DNA of 64,000 nt, taken from NCBI GenBank assembly GCA_964586735.1, contig CAZPIN010000089.1:1200-65199 (forward strand), in the 5' to 3' direction. The notes below the pieces were generated by a model. It searched no databases and was not told where the DNA came from. It saw nothing but the letters and a program-made list of their open reading frames with translations. Source of the DNA: an uncultured Rhodobacterales bacterium (GTDB taxonomy: Bacteria; Pseudomonadota; Alphaproteobacteria; Rhodobacterales; CAZPXZ01). Shown piece by piece: positions 37,550-46,167 of this stretch (the stretch's first letter is position 1; each line of letters opens with the position of its first letter). The position numbers were made by a program, and so were the translations under genes.

Positions 37550-37642
37550 ACACCGCTAACCGCGGGCACTGGAACATCGGGGGTACGGTTCCTATCTATT
37601 GGGCGGAGCCACCATCGCCCCAGGTCAGCGCGAGTCGACGAC

Positions 37643-39043
37643 ATGTCCGGATACGAATGGACCTTCAAGAGCGTATCTCTGCTCAAGAAAATGCATGCCA
37701 AAGGCGCCGCCGCATCCGCCATTGCCAAGGCGATTGGCGGGAACATCTCGCGGAACGCCGTCATCGGCAAGATCCACAGGCTGGGGCTCTCCATGCCCAA
37801 AGCACAGCAGGAGAAACCGAAGGACGACTCCGGGAAGAAGGGAGACCCGTCTGCCAAGGTCGCATCTGCCACGTCCAAGAGGACAGTGCCTGCGACGCCG
37901 CTGAGTGCCTATGTCAAAGCCAAGGTCAAGGCCAAGGCCAAAACCGCGGCTGAAGGCAGCGGCGCGAAGGCCGAGTCCGGAAAGCCGACCGCCGCCAGAA
38001 AGAACCGCCCGGCAAGCGACGCGGCCGCTGCGAAGCAGACCGTCAAGCCAACCGCAGCCAAGACTCCCATCGCCAGCTTGAAACCGCCCGCGGCCAAGCA
38101 ATCCAACACCAAGCCATCCGCAGCCAAGCCCGCCAGCGCCAAGCCACCCGCAGCCAAACCTGCCAGCGCCAAGAAGCCGCTTGCCAAGAGCGCACTCAAG
38201 ATCGACCCCAAGACGGCAAAGCCATCCGCAAAGCCCGCAGCCCCTGCGGCCAAGGCAGCCACCAGCCCCAAGGCAAAAGCAGCAGACAAGGCCGATGCCA
38301 AACCAGCGGCCATGGCCAAGGCCGCCGCGGCAAAGCCGACCGAAATCACTAAGGCGCCCGCCGCTGCGAAAGCACCTGTCAAGAAGGCCAAGACTGTCGC
38401 AGCCACCAAAACATCGCCTGAGAAAAAAAACCTGGCGATGCCAACACCCGCTACCAGCGGCAAGACCGCTGCCAAGCGAAAGCCCTTGGCGGTGCCGGCG
38501 CCCGCCGCGAAAGCACCCGCAAAGATGGCAAAGGCTGCCGCAGCCGCATCAGCCAGGAAGTCGGCTGGAGCAAAAAAGGCAGCCAGAACACCGACTGGGA
38601 AAAAGCCGCTGGCAATGCCAACCGTCGCCGCCAGTGGCAAAACCGCAGCCAAAGGGAAACCCCGGGCGATGCCGGCGCCTGTTGCCAGCGGCAGAAAGCC
38701 CGTCAAGGCTAAGCCCGACGCGAAGTCAACCGCAGTCGCCGCGAGAAGCAGCAATGCCCCGGCCAAGCCGGCAGCCTCCGCCAAACCGAAGTCCAAGGAA
38801 GCGCAGTCGACCGCAGCGGCGGCGAGCCGCGACAGCGCTCCCGACAAGCCGCCGATTCTGGTGTCTCTGGTAGATCTCACCGAGCGCATCTGTCGCTGGC
38901 CCTACGGCGACCCGAAAACTGACGACTTCGGCTTCTGCGGCCGCCCGGCCATGGCCGGCAAGCCGTACTGCGAACAGCACGCCGCAGCGGCGTTTCAGCC
39001 GCCTAGCGCGCGCAGAGAGCGCGGAAGAGTCCGCAACCGCTGA
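37643..39043 (+). CDS. gcrA: GcrA cell-cycle regulator with a ~300-aa Ala/Lys/Pro-rich insertion
   Basis: GcrA N-terminal DNA-binding domain: WTFKSVSLLKKMHAKGAAASAIAKAIGGNISRNAVIGKIHRLGL. C-terminal domain: LVDLTERICRWPYGDPKTDDFGFCGRPAMAGKPYCEQH. A long AKP-rich repeat linker separates the two domains. Confidence 0.85.
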   Translation: MSGYEWTFKSVSLLKKMHAKGAAASAIAKAIGGNISRNAVIGKIHRLGLSMPKAQQEKPKDDSGKKGDPSAKVASATSKRTVPATPLSAYVKAKVKAKAKTAAEGSGAKAESGKPTAARKNRPASDAAAAKQTVKPTAAKTPIASLKPPAAKQSNTKPSAAKPASAKPPAAKPASAKKPLAKSALKIDPKTAKPSAKPAAPAAKAATSPKAKAADKADAKPAAMAKAAAAKPTEITKAPAAAKAPVKKAKTVAATKTSPEKKNLAMPTPATSGKTAAKRKPLAVPAPAAKAPAKMAKAAAAASARKSAGAKKAARTPTGKKPLAMPTVAASGKTAAKGKPRAMPAPVASGRKPVKAKPDAKSTAVAARSSNAPAKPAASAKPKSKEAQSTAAAASRDSAPDKPPILVSLVDLTERICRWPYGDPKTDDFGFCGRPAMAGKPYCEQHAAAAFQPPSARRERGRVRNR

Positions 39044-39344
39044 TTTTCTGCAGGCCGCGCCGTCAGCGCTCCACAGACGATACCGCACCGTGCGCCCTGT
39101 CTGGCCTCCCGCTTTCGGCAAGCGACGGAACGGGTCGCCCGCCTGGAGACTCTTGGCAGCTGATGCCGCCCGTCGACTCGGTGCTTGGACTACCCGCGCT
39201 TCGGGGTTTCGCTGGCCTCGCCAGACCGATTCGCCGCCGAATGCAAGCACCCCACCACATGCCCACGGTGCCCCGCGTCCGGTCGACCGGATGCCGCCTC
39301 TCCCCGACAGAGCCGACAACGGCGCTGCCGACCCGGGACAGGAC

Positions 39345-40343
39345 ATGCGCCTGGTGGAAGGCTTCCCGTTCCCCGTCATGGTGGTTGATGCCAACGGCTA
39401 CATCCGCGCCACCAACGAGCCTGCCCGGCGGCTGTTCGGCGCCGACCTGCTTGGTGCGCATTTCACCGCCGTGCTGCGCGACCTTGGTTTCCGCGAGACT
39501 GTGCGGCGCGCCCTGAACGAGGGCGTCTCTAGCTCCACCGACTTCGACCTCCAGCGCAGCACCGACCTGCATTTCCGCGCCACCGCGCAGCCGGTCAATA
39601 TCGCGGGTATGGGCCGCTGCGCCTGCGTGTGCCTCGTCAACCGCACGGCCGAGCAGCGGCAGGTCAGCCTTCACCGCGACTTCGTGGCCAACGCCAGCCA
39701 TGAGCTGCGAACACCGCTCGCCACCGTGACAGCCTGCATTGAGACGCTGCGCGGCCCGGCGCGCGCGGACCGGGTGGCGATGGACCGGTTTCTCGAGGTT
39801 CTGCGGCGCGAGGCCGTGCGGATGCGGTCGGTGGTCGACGACCTGCTGTCGCTCAACCAGATTGAGCAGTACGAACATGTGCGGCCCGCCGACTGGCTGG
39901 ACCTGGCGCAGGTCGCCCGCGAGGCCATGGCGCGTAGGCCGCCAGAAGGACAGGTGGCGGTGGAAGGCGAGGCCGAGGCCAGGGTGGCCGGCGACCGCAC
40001 CGAGCTGCTGCACGCGCTGGCCAACCTCCTCGACAACGCCGACCGGCACGCCGGCGGTGCCCGGAGGGTGAGGGTGCTGGCAGAGGACGAGCGGGTCGGG
40101 GTGGCAATCGAGGATGACGGTCCGGGGGTTGCCCGCGAGCACTTGCCGCGGCTAACGGAACGGTTCTACCGGGTGGAACCAGCCAGCGGAGGGCAGCAGC
40201 AAGGCACCGGCCTAGGCCTCGCCATCGTCAAGCACGTGGCGGCGCATCACGGCGGCACTCTGGACATCGACAGCAAGCCTGGCCGCGGCAGCCGCTTCAC
40301 CCTGTGGGTAGCCCGCGAATCCATCTCACGGACATCCATATGA
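39345..40343 (+). CDS. phoR: Phosphate-regulon sensor histidine kinase (PAS + HisKA + HATPase), start uncertain
   Basis: H-box FVANASHELRTPL and G2 box GTGLGLAIVKHVAAHHGGTLDIDSKPGRGSRF. The PAS-like N-terminus starts at MRLVEGFPFPVMVVDANGYI (ATG 39345). The ORF is open from 39090, with an alternative ATG at 39291. No TM segment appears under any start choice. Confidence 0.8.
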   Translation: MRLVEGFPFPVMVVDANGYIRATNEPARRLFGADLLGAHFTAVLRDLGFRETVRRALNEGVSSSTDFDLQRSTDLHFRATAQPVNIAGMGRCACVCLVNRTAEQRQVSLHRDFVANASHELRTPLATVTACIETLRGPARADRVAMDRFLEVLRREAVRMRSVVDDLLSLNQIEQYEHVRPADWLDLAQVAREAMARRPPEGQVAVEGEAEARVAGDRTELLHALANLLDNADRHAGGARRVRVLAEDERVGVAIEDDGPGVAREHLPRLTERFYRVEPASGGQQQGTGLGLAIVKHVAAHHGGTLDIDSKPGRGSRFTLWVARESISRTSI

Positions 40344-40599
40344 ATCATTTTGCAGCCGCCGTCTCAGCGTCTCCTTCGTTCCACCACATCATGTACAACC
40401 CTAGATGGACGATCAGGCGCAGGGCTGGACTCATCCACGCCTCTCCGCAAACACCGCTGCGTTACCGCCGTATCCTGACCCGGACGCCCGATTCTGCAAT
40501 TGAGACTGTTTCCCACTTCCGGGACTTTGACACAAAGCGCCCCCAACTGCCCCGATTGGAATGGACTCCCGTTTGGAACAGCATGCGCTCTTCTTGATG

Positions 40600-41079
40600 T
40601 CACTCCAAGTGAGGTGACAACTTGTCTCCGTTGAAATATATTACATGGCTTGGTGAATCTGCGCACCACACCACTGTTTCCCAAGAAATTTCCTGCAAGT
40701 GCCTTCCCATCACCGATCTATCAGGGAACGCGGATACCAGCACCAGTTTTGACTGGCATGGCTCAAACAGCCGCATGAGCTCCCCAAATCGCTTCGCGTC
40801 GGCTGGACCATGACTGACCACGCATTCTACCAAAAGGAGCCAATCCTTCTTTTCGTAATGCAATACCACATCTGGCATCTTGCCGTGCTTATCCAGTGTA
40901 ATACCCGCATTAGCCAGCCAAATTTTGTCCATATACTTGTTCTTTGTCTGTGTGTCGCCAACATATATTGCTTTTGCGCCCGGCGTGAACCTTGGTGCAA
41001 ATTCCTCAATTGCATCCTTTGCCAGATTGTTATGGTCTCCTGGCGAAAGACTCAATTTCTTTCCGCCTTGAAATACCAC
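40600..41079 (-). CDS. BsuBI/PstI-family restriction endonuclease, C-terminal (catalytic) portion only
   Basis: LSPGDHNNLAKDAIEEFAPRFTPGAKAIYVGDT...MPDVVLHYEKKDWLLLVECVVSHGP...ISWETVVWCADSPSHVIYFNGDKL matches the family C-terminal domain as I recall it. The track start is a GTG. The ORF is in the same frame as 41092-43233, separated by a TAG plus 4 codons. Confidence 0.6.
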   Translation of the reverse strand: MVFQGGKKLSLSPGDHNNLAKDAIEEFAPRFTPGAKAIYVGDTQTKNKYMDKIWLANAGITLDKHGKMPDVVLHYEKKDWLLLVECVVSHGPADAKRFGELMRLFEPCQSKLVLVSAFPDRSVMGRHLQEISWETVVWCADSPSHVIYFNGDKLSPHLE

Positions 41080-41091
41080 ATCGACCTTGCA

Positions 41092-43233
41092 CTATTCACG
41101 CTCCCTAGACCACTTTCTTGCAAGGCTGTTCTTTAATTTCAAAACGGTGTTTGTCGCTTCTGCCCACCCATCTGTGCCGTATGTCACCAGTACATCCGCC
41201 GCATCCTGACTCAATTGATAGCACGCATGCGGACTATTCACCGGGCGATCTGGTTGATCGGGGTTGTACAACGCAATACCTGCCTCGACAAATTGATGCA
41301 TGGTTTGCCTTCTAAATGTTTCTCTGGTGTTTGGGGCATAATTTCGCCCGTACATCTCTAAAGCAAACTTCATAATTGGCGTAATTCCAATCAAAGGAAG
41401 TGAAATTTCGCTCCACGATCCATCCGGCTTTAGATCTGCCAGTGCCAGCAAAGTGAGAGCCGATCTCTCATTCTGCTGGGCCCGCGGCAAACCGAGGGAT
41501 CTCAGTATTTCTGTTGCTTGCTCGACTTTTTTCTGTGCAAGCAATGGGTTTTCATCCCCGAAGAGCTCAGCCATTTTTTCCTCCAGGATTTGATCCACGG
41601 TACGTTGTGAGAATACAGAATCTTCGAACTTCCTTCCCATTGAAAGCAGGGCTTCCTTCTCCGGGTAGCGCAGCGCTCGAAGATCTGTTGCATTCACCTG
41701 TGTATGCCCATTGAACTGACGAAAGTATCTGTCAACCAAGCTGCTGTTGAGGAATGCGCATATTCCATGCGCAAGCCGTTTCTGCATTCCTCGCTGATTG
41801 ACGTGAAATACGTTGAGGTGGTTCTCGAACCCAACAAGATCGCCTGGCAGCCCGGAATCATACACGCTTGCAACGATTCTCCGTCGGTCTTCCTTTGCGG
41901 AGAGTCTTCGAACCACAACGTAATATCCCTTATTTTTCCACAGCCACTTTCTGCTGCTGTTCGTTACCGTTATGGCGTTTGGCTTTTTCATATCCTTGGG
42001 CCATTCCAGCCGGCATAATGGAAAGTGCGCCGGATAGAGCAGAGGAGCAGACGACCGGCATGGACGCTTGCGCAATTGCCCCTTGTGCCGATATTCCACT
42101 ATTGGCCCCGTGGACACTTCAACGCCCAGATCTCCAAGCGACACCGGAAGAAGCGCCATTCGGCCCGCGACCACTTCGTCAATTTTGTTGGTCAGAATGT
42201 TGATAAACTTGTTTGGATCGGCCGGGCGCACAATCTTCTCATATGGCAACGCCTGCATTGTTTCCGCCTGTATACTGCACGTCAATGCACCCGTCTCTTT
42301 AGCGTGCTCGGCAATTCCGCCTGCAGACACGAACACGGTCTTTACGCCCGCACCCTTTACAGCGTGAACAATCACATTCTCCTGAAGCACTCCATAATCC
42401 CGAAACGCCGTGTTGCGCTGATCAAATACATGTATTTGCCGAATGGACATCATTGACAGAAACTGCTGCCTGAATGACCTGAAGTACGGGCCATTACAGA
42501 AAGAGCGGGGTACGATAGCCACAAGCTCGCCGCCAGACTCCAGTTTCATGGCGGCAAGATGCATAAAGCCGGTATACAAATTTGTCGCATCTATGCCCAA
42601 AGCCGCCAGCGCTTGCCGATGCGCCGATGATGAATGAATCTTCTTGTACGGAGGATTCATAATAACATGGGTGAAGCACTCATCATGCCGCGCATTGGCG
42701 CAAAGATACTCAGACTGGCACAGAATAAAATCCTGCTCGCGAACGTCAAAGCGCGCTTCAATGCGTGAATCCGTGCATTGCTGCATGGCGTCCTGAAGCA
42801 CGCGCTGAAGATAGTTGATCATAAGGTGCTCAATTTCATAGCAGGTTAGATCGACTGAACATGGCTTCGGGGCTCCGTTGCAGATTCTCTCAACAAAAGC
42901 GGCGGAAAGCGATCCGACGCCTGCGCCGGGGTCCAAGACACGAACTTCGCCATCGACCCTGTCAAACATACTGGCCAGGAATCGCGCAAGCGGAGCCGCC
43001 GTAAGAAATTGCCCAAGCTCCGCCTTTCGCTTCTGGTCGACTCGACAGGAAGCGTCGGCGCGATAGTAGTCTACCATCTCAATGGGAGCGACGGTCTGCA
43101 TGATGTGTCTAGCCTCGAACATAACCCTTCGAGACAGTGTCGCGCTTTGCTCTGCCGCGGCAGCGCGCAAACGACGGAACACGCCAAAGAGGTCATTACA
43201 GGCGCATAGTACAGTGTCCCCTGTCGATGTCAA
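41092..43233 (-). CDS. N6-adenine DNA methyltransferase (Eco57I/PstI-methylase-like) fused to the N-terminal domain of a BsuBI/PstI-family endonuclease
   Basis: SAM motif VLDPGAGVGSL and catalytic VIMNPPYKK. The C-terminal ~190 aa (ILRSLGLPRAQQNERSALTLLALADL...ITPIMKFALEMYGRNYAPNTRETFRRQTMHQFVEAG) look like the endonuclease N-domain. Terminates at a TAG at 41092-41094. The start is uncertain (43233, or ATGs ~110-130 nt downstream). Confidence 0.8.
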   Translation of the reverse strand: MTSTGDTVLCACNDLFGVFRRLRAAAAEQSATLSRRVMFEARHIMQTVAPIEMVDYYRADASCRVDQKRKAELGQFLTAAPLARFLASMFDRVDGEVRVLDPGAGVGSLSAAFVERICNGAPKPCSVDLTCYEIEHLMINYLQRVLQDAMQQCTDSRIEARFDVREQDFILCQSEYLCANARHDECFTHVIMNPPYKKIHSSSAHRQALAALGIDATNLYTGFMHLAAMKLESGGELVAIVPRSFCNGPYFRSFRQQFLSMMSIRQIHVFDQRNTAFRDYGVLQENVIVHAVKGAGVKTVFVSAGGIAEHAKETGALTCSIQAETMQALPYEKIVRPADPNKFINILTNKIDEVVAGRMALLPVSLGDLGVEVSTGPIVEYRHKGQLRKRPCRSSAPLLYPAHFPLCRLEWPKDMKKPNAITVTNSSRKWLWKNKGYYVVVRRLSAKEDRRRIVASVYDSGLPGDLVGFENHLNVFHVNQRGMQKRLAHGICAFLNSSLVDRYFRQFNGHTQVNATDLRALRYPEKEALLSMGRKFEDSVFSQRTVDQILEEKMAELFGDENPLLAQKKVEQATEILRSLGLPRAQQNERSALTLLALADLKPDGSWSEISLPLIGITPIMKFALEMYGRNYAPNTRETFRRQTMHQFVEAGIALYNPDQPDRPVNSPHACYQLSQDAADVLVTYGTDGWAEATNTVLKLKNSLARKWSRERE

Positions 43234-43752
43234 GTTACAGTACCAGCGTGCATGAAGCTTCGAGTACGGCCCGGAAGGCTACACAGCCCACGCCAGCCGC
43301 CTGTCCGGACATCGCTCCCAGCTCACCCGCGGTCGTACTTGGCATTCCCGACACTCTCCCCAGCCAGCCGAAGCCAGCAGTAGTGTTCCAGCAGCTCCTC
43401 CGCCGGCATGTCCCGCAGGTTGGCAACCGCCCTGCTAGTCCGTCCCATCACTTCTCCCCGGCAGTCTTCTCCACATCTATCACCAGCCGCACCGCCAACC
43501 CACGGCGAGAGTTCGTGGGATGCCGCTGTCCGAAACCTTCTCCTTGAGGCTTCTGCTCCTCTCCATCTTCAGTCGCTTCACTCTGTGTACCGCCCGCGAA
43601 TCTGCCTGCAGTACGGCTTTGATACCACGGCCAGAAGCGCTGCCGACTGCAACATTTCCGCAACATAATTGCCCGCCCTTCCATCGCCCAACATGCCAGA
43701 CTAGCGGCAACGGCATCGACCAGAGATGCCATCCATATAATTGGAGCATCCC

Positions 43753-44781
43753 ATGCCCTTCTCTCGCATCCTCGCGGCCGCCGCGCTTGCGCTGCTGGCT
43801 TTCGGCGTACAGCCTTCCGAGGCGCGCGACCGGATCACAATTGTCGGCTCCTCGACGGTTTTCCCGTTCGCCGCAGCTGCGGCAGAGCGGTTCGGCCACG
43901 AGAGCGACTTCCCCACGCCGGTGATCGAGGCGACGGGCTCCGGCGGCGGTCTCAAACTGTTCTGCGCGGGCGTCGGCTCGGAGCATCCCGACATCGCCAA
44001 CGCCTCGCGGCGGATCAAGGCCAAGGAACTGAAGACCTGCTGGGACAATGGCGTAGACGAAGTGGTCGAGGCGATCATCGGCTTCGACGGCATTGTCATC
44101 GCCAACGCCCGCTCCGCCACGCCGTTCGACCTGACTCTGGAGCACATGTACATGGCGCTGGCCGCCGAGGTTCCGCATGACGGCAAAGCCGTGGCCAACC
44201 CCTATAGCCGCTGGTCCGACATCGACCCGTCGCTTCCCCGCCAGGCCATCGAAGTGCTTGGGCCGCCGCCTACATCGGGCACCCGCGACGCCTTCGACGA
44301 GCTGGCCATGCGGGCCGGCTGCGAAGCGTCCGATGCCGAGGCGGCCGGCATCGACTGCAGGAGAATCGAGATGCGCCGCGATGGTCCGTGGGTGGACGCC
44401 GGCGAGAACGACAACCTGATCGTCTCCAAGCTGGAGGCCAACACCAGCGCACTTGGCGTATTCGGGTTTTCGTTCCTTGACCAGAACTGGTCCAAGCTGC
44501 AGGGCAGCGCCGTCGACGGCGTCGAGCCTACGTTCGAGAACATCGCCGACGGCGCCTATCCGGTGTCGCGGTCCCTCTACTTCTACGTCAAGAAGGCGCA
44601 CGTGGGAGTCGTGCCGGGCATTCTAGAGTACGTCGAGGCGTTCCTCTCGCCCTCGTCCGTCGGCGACGATGGCCATCTGGTTGACAAGGGCCTGATTCCC
44701 CTGCCGGCGGACGAGTACAGCAGCAGCTCGAAGCGGACTCTCTCGCTGACCCCGATGACGGGCCAGGAGAATCTGTCCTAG
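43753..44781 (+). CDS. pstS: Phosphate ABC transporter substrate-binding protein
   Basis: ATG at 43753 after TTGGAG (the track start at 43741 is TTG). Signal peptide MPFSRILAAAALALLAFGVQPSEA. GSSTVFPF and TGSGGG motifs. First gene of the pst operon. Confidence 0.9.
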   Translation: MPFSRILAAAALALLAFGVQPSEARDRITIVGSSTVFPFAAAAAERFGHESDFPTPVIEATGSGGGLKLFCAGVGSEHPDIANASRRIKAKELKTCWDNGVDEVVEAIIGFDGIVIANARSATPFDLTLEHMYMALAAEVPHDGKAVANPYSRWSDIDPSLPRQAIEVLGPPPTSGTRDAFDELAMRAGCEASDAEAAGIDCRRIEMRRDGPWVDAGENDNLIVSKLEANTSALGVFGFSFLDQNWSKLQGSAVDGVEPTFENIADGAYPVSRSLYFYVKKAHVGVVPGILEYVEAFLSPSSVGDDGHLVDKGLIPLPADEYSSSSKRTLSLTPMTGQENLS

Positions 44782-44793
44782 GCGGCCCTCTCC

Positions 44794-46167
44794 ATGTACA
44801 TGTGGATCGCCGCAGCGCTGGCGACGGTCGCCCTGGTCTCCTTCGAGGCCGGCAGGCGGCGCGCTTTTGCCCTGAGCGGCGGCAACCCGCGCGCCCTTCA
44901 TTCCCGTCCGCGCCACCACGGCGCCCTTGTCGGGCTTGTGGCGCTGCTGGCCGGAAGCGCCGTACTTGTACTGTCGGCCACCGGCTTTGAACTCTGGCTC
45001 GTCCGCGACCTCTCGTCCATCGCCCGCGCCTCCTACGGTGTGGAGCTCCATGCCATCCAGATCGAGCAGGCGGTCCACGAGGGCATTGCCCTCGCCCGCG
45101 GGGAGGCGGTGGCAACTGTGGACGCCGCACGGACGGCTGTCGCCGAGCGCTACCTTGCCCTGTCGGGACCGAGGCTTTGGGTCGAGGGACTCCTTCCCCT
45201 GCTGGCGGCCGCGGTCGCCGGCGCCGCCATGGCGCTGCGCGTCCATCCTGGCCTGCGCGCCCGCAGCCATCTGGAAACGCTGCTGCGCATCTGCCTGCTG
45301 TGCTGCGCCGGCGTGGCGGTGCTGGCCACCGTCGGCATCGTCATGTCGCTGGCGGGAGAGACGCTGCGGTTCTTCTCGCAGGTGCCGCCGCATAAATTTC
45401 TCTTTGGCTTCGAGTGGGCGCCGCTGTCCGGCGTTTTCGAGGGCAGCCTCAACATCGACCGCCTCGGCGCCCTGCCCCTGTTTCTGGGCACCGCCATGAT
45501 CACCCTCATCGCCATACTGGTGGCGGCGCCGGTGGGCCTGCTGGCGGCCATCTACCTTGCGGAGTTCGCCAGCAGCCGCACCCGCGGGTGGGCCAAACCC
45601 CTGCTGGAGATTCTGGCCGGCATTCCAACTGTGGTGTACGGCTTCTTCGCCGCCCTGACCGTAGCCCCGGCCCTGCGCGGCTTCGGCGGCCATCTGGGCA
45701 TTCCCGTCGCCTCCGAGAGCGCCCTAGCGGCCGGACTGGTGATGGGGATCATGATCATCCCCTTCGTCTCCTCTCTCTCCGACGACGTCATCAACGCCGT
45801 GCCGCAGTCGCTGCGCGACGGGTCGATGGCCCTGGGCGCCACCAGCGCCGAGACCGTCCGCCGCGTGGTGCTGCCGGCGGCCCTGCCCGGCATCGTCTCG
45901 GCCATCCTGCTCGGCGTGTCGCGGGCGGTGGGCGAGACCATGATCGTGGTGATGGCGGCGGGACAGGGCGCCAATCTGACGGCCAATCCGCTGCAGGCGG
46001 TAACCACCGTAACCGTACAGATTGTGGCCCTGATCACCGGCGACACCGAGGCCGAGACCGCCGCCGGCCCGGCCTTCGCCCTGGGCTTCACTTTGTTTTG
46101 CGTGACTCTCGCCCTCAACGTCGTGGCGCTGCGCATCGTCCGGCGCTACCGCGAGGTCTACGAGTGA
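44794..46167 (+). CDS. pstC: Phosphate ABC transporter permease PstC (long form)
   Basis: 457 aa, polytopic. The conserved PstC region is LLEILAGIPTVVYGFF...ALGATSAETVRRVVLPAALPGI. Followed by pstA with an ATGA-type overlap. Confidence 0.9.
   Translation: MYMWIAAALATVALVSFEAGRRRAFALSGGNPRALHSRPRHHGALVGLVALLAGSAVLVLSATGFELWLVRDLSSIARASYGVELHAIQIEQAVHEGIALARGEAVATVDAARTAVAERYLALSGPRLWVEGLLPLLAAAVAGAAMALRVHPGLRARSHLETLLRICLLCCAGVAVLATVGIVMSLAGETLRFFSQVPPHKFLFGFEWAPLSGVFEGSLNIDRLGALPLFLGTAMITLIAILVAAPVGLLAAIYLAEFASSRTRGWAKPLLEILAGIPTVVYGFFAALTVAPALRGFGGHLGIPVASESALAAGLVMGIMIIPFVSSLSDDVINAVPQSLRDGSMALGATSAETVRRVVLPAALPGIVSAILLGVSRAVGETMIVVMAAGQGANLTANPLQAVTTVTVQIVALITGDTEAETAAGPAFALGFTLFCVTLALNVVALRIVRRYREVYE

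Larger units (their letters stand above)
40350..43250. other. AT-richer islet (restriction-modification cassette) inserted between phoR and pstS
   Basis: There is a visible compositional shift: many A/T runs and A/T-ending codons relative to the flanking GC-rich genes. The content is a type II R-M cassette. No integrase or flanking direct repeats were recognised. Confidence 0.6.

Noticed and set aside
37909-38889. 326-aa Ala/Gly/Leu-rich ORF antisense to the gcrA linker, and the 38181-38873(+) Pro/Arg-rich ORF.
   Set aside because: These are low-complexity mirror and frame-shifted images of the AKP-rich linker. The gcrA frame is anchored by conserved N- and C-terminal domains.
43400-43752. 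Pho box upstream of pstS.
   Set aside because: I looked for direct repeats of the CTGTCAT type with ~11-nt periodicity and found none convincing. Absence by eye is not proof, so no regulatory feature is reported.
43480-44601. 373-aa ORF antisense to pstS. Similar large shadow ORFs are 46485-47936(-), 46640-47767(-), 48660-50333(-), 22118-23197(-), 22368-23585(-), 39063-40142(-), 11950-13401(+), 17719-18558(+), 20754-21620(-) and 33858-35183(+).
   Set aside because: Each overlaps a gene with strong family motifs on the other strand or frame (pstS, pstA, phoU/phoB, ribF, phoR, GT2, the ABC ATPase, HAD, member E). They are Arg/Ala/Gly/Pro-rich without motifs.
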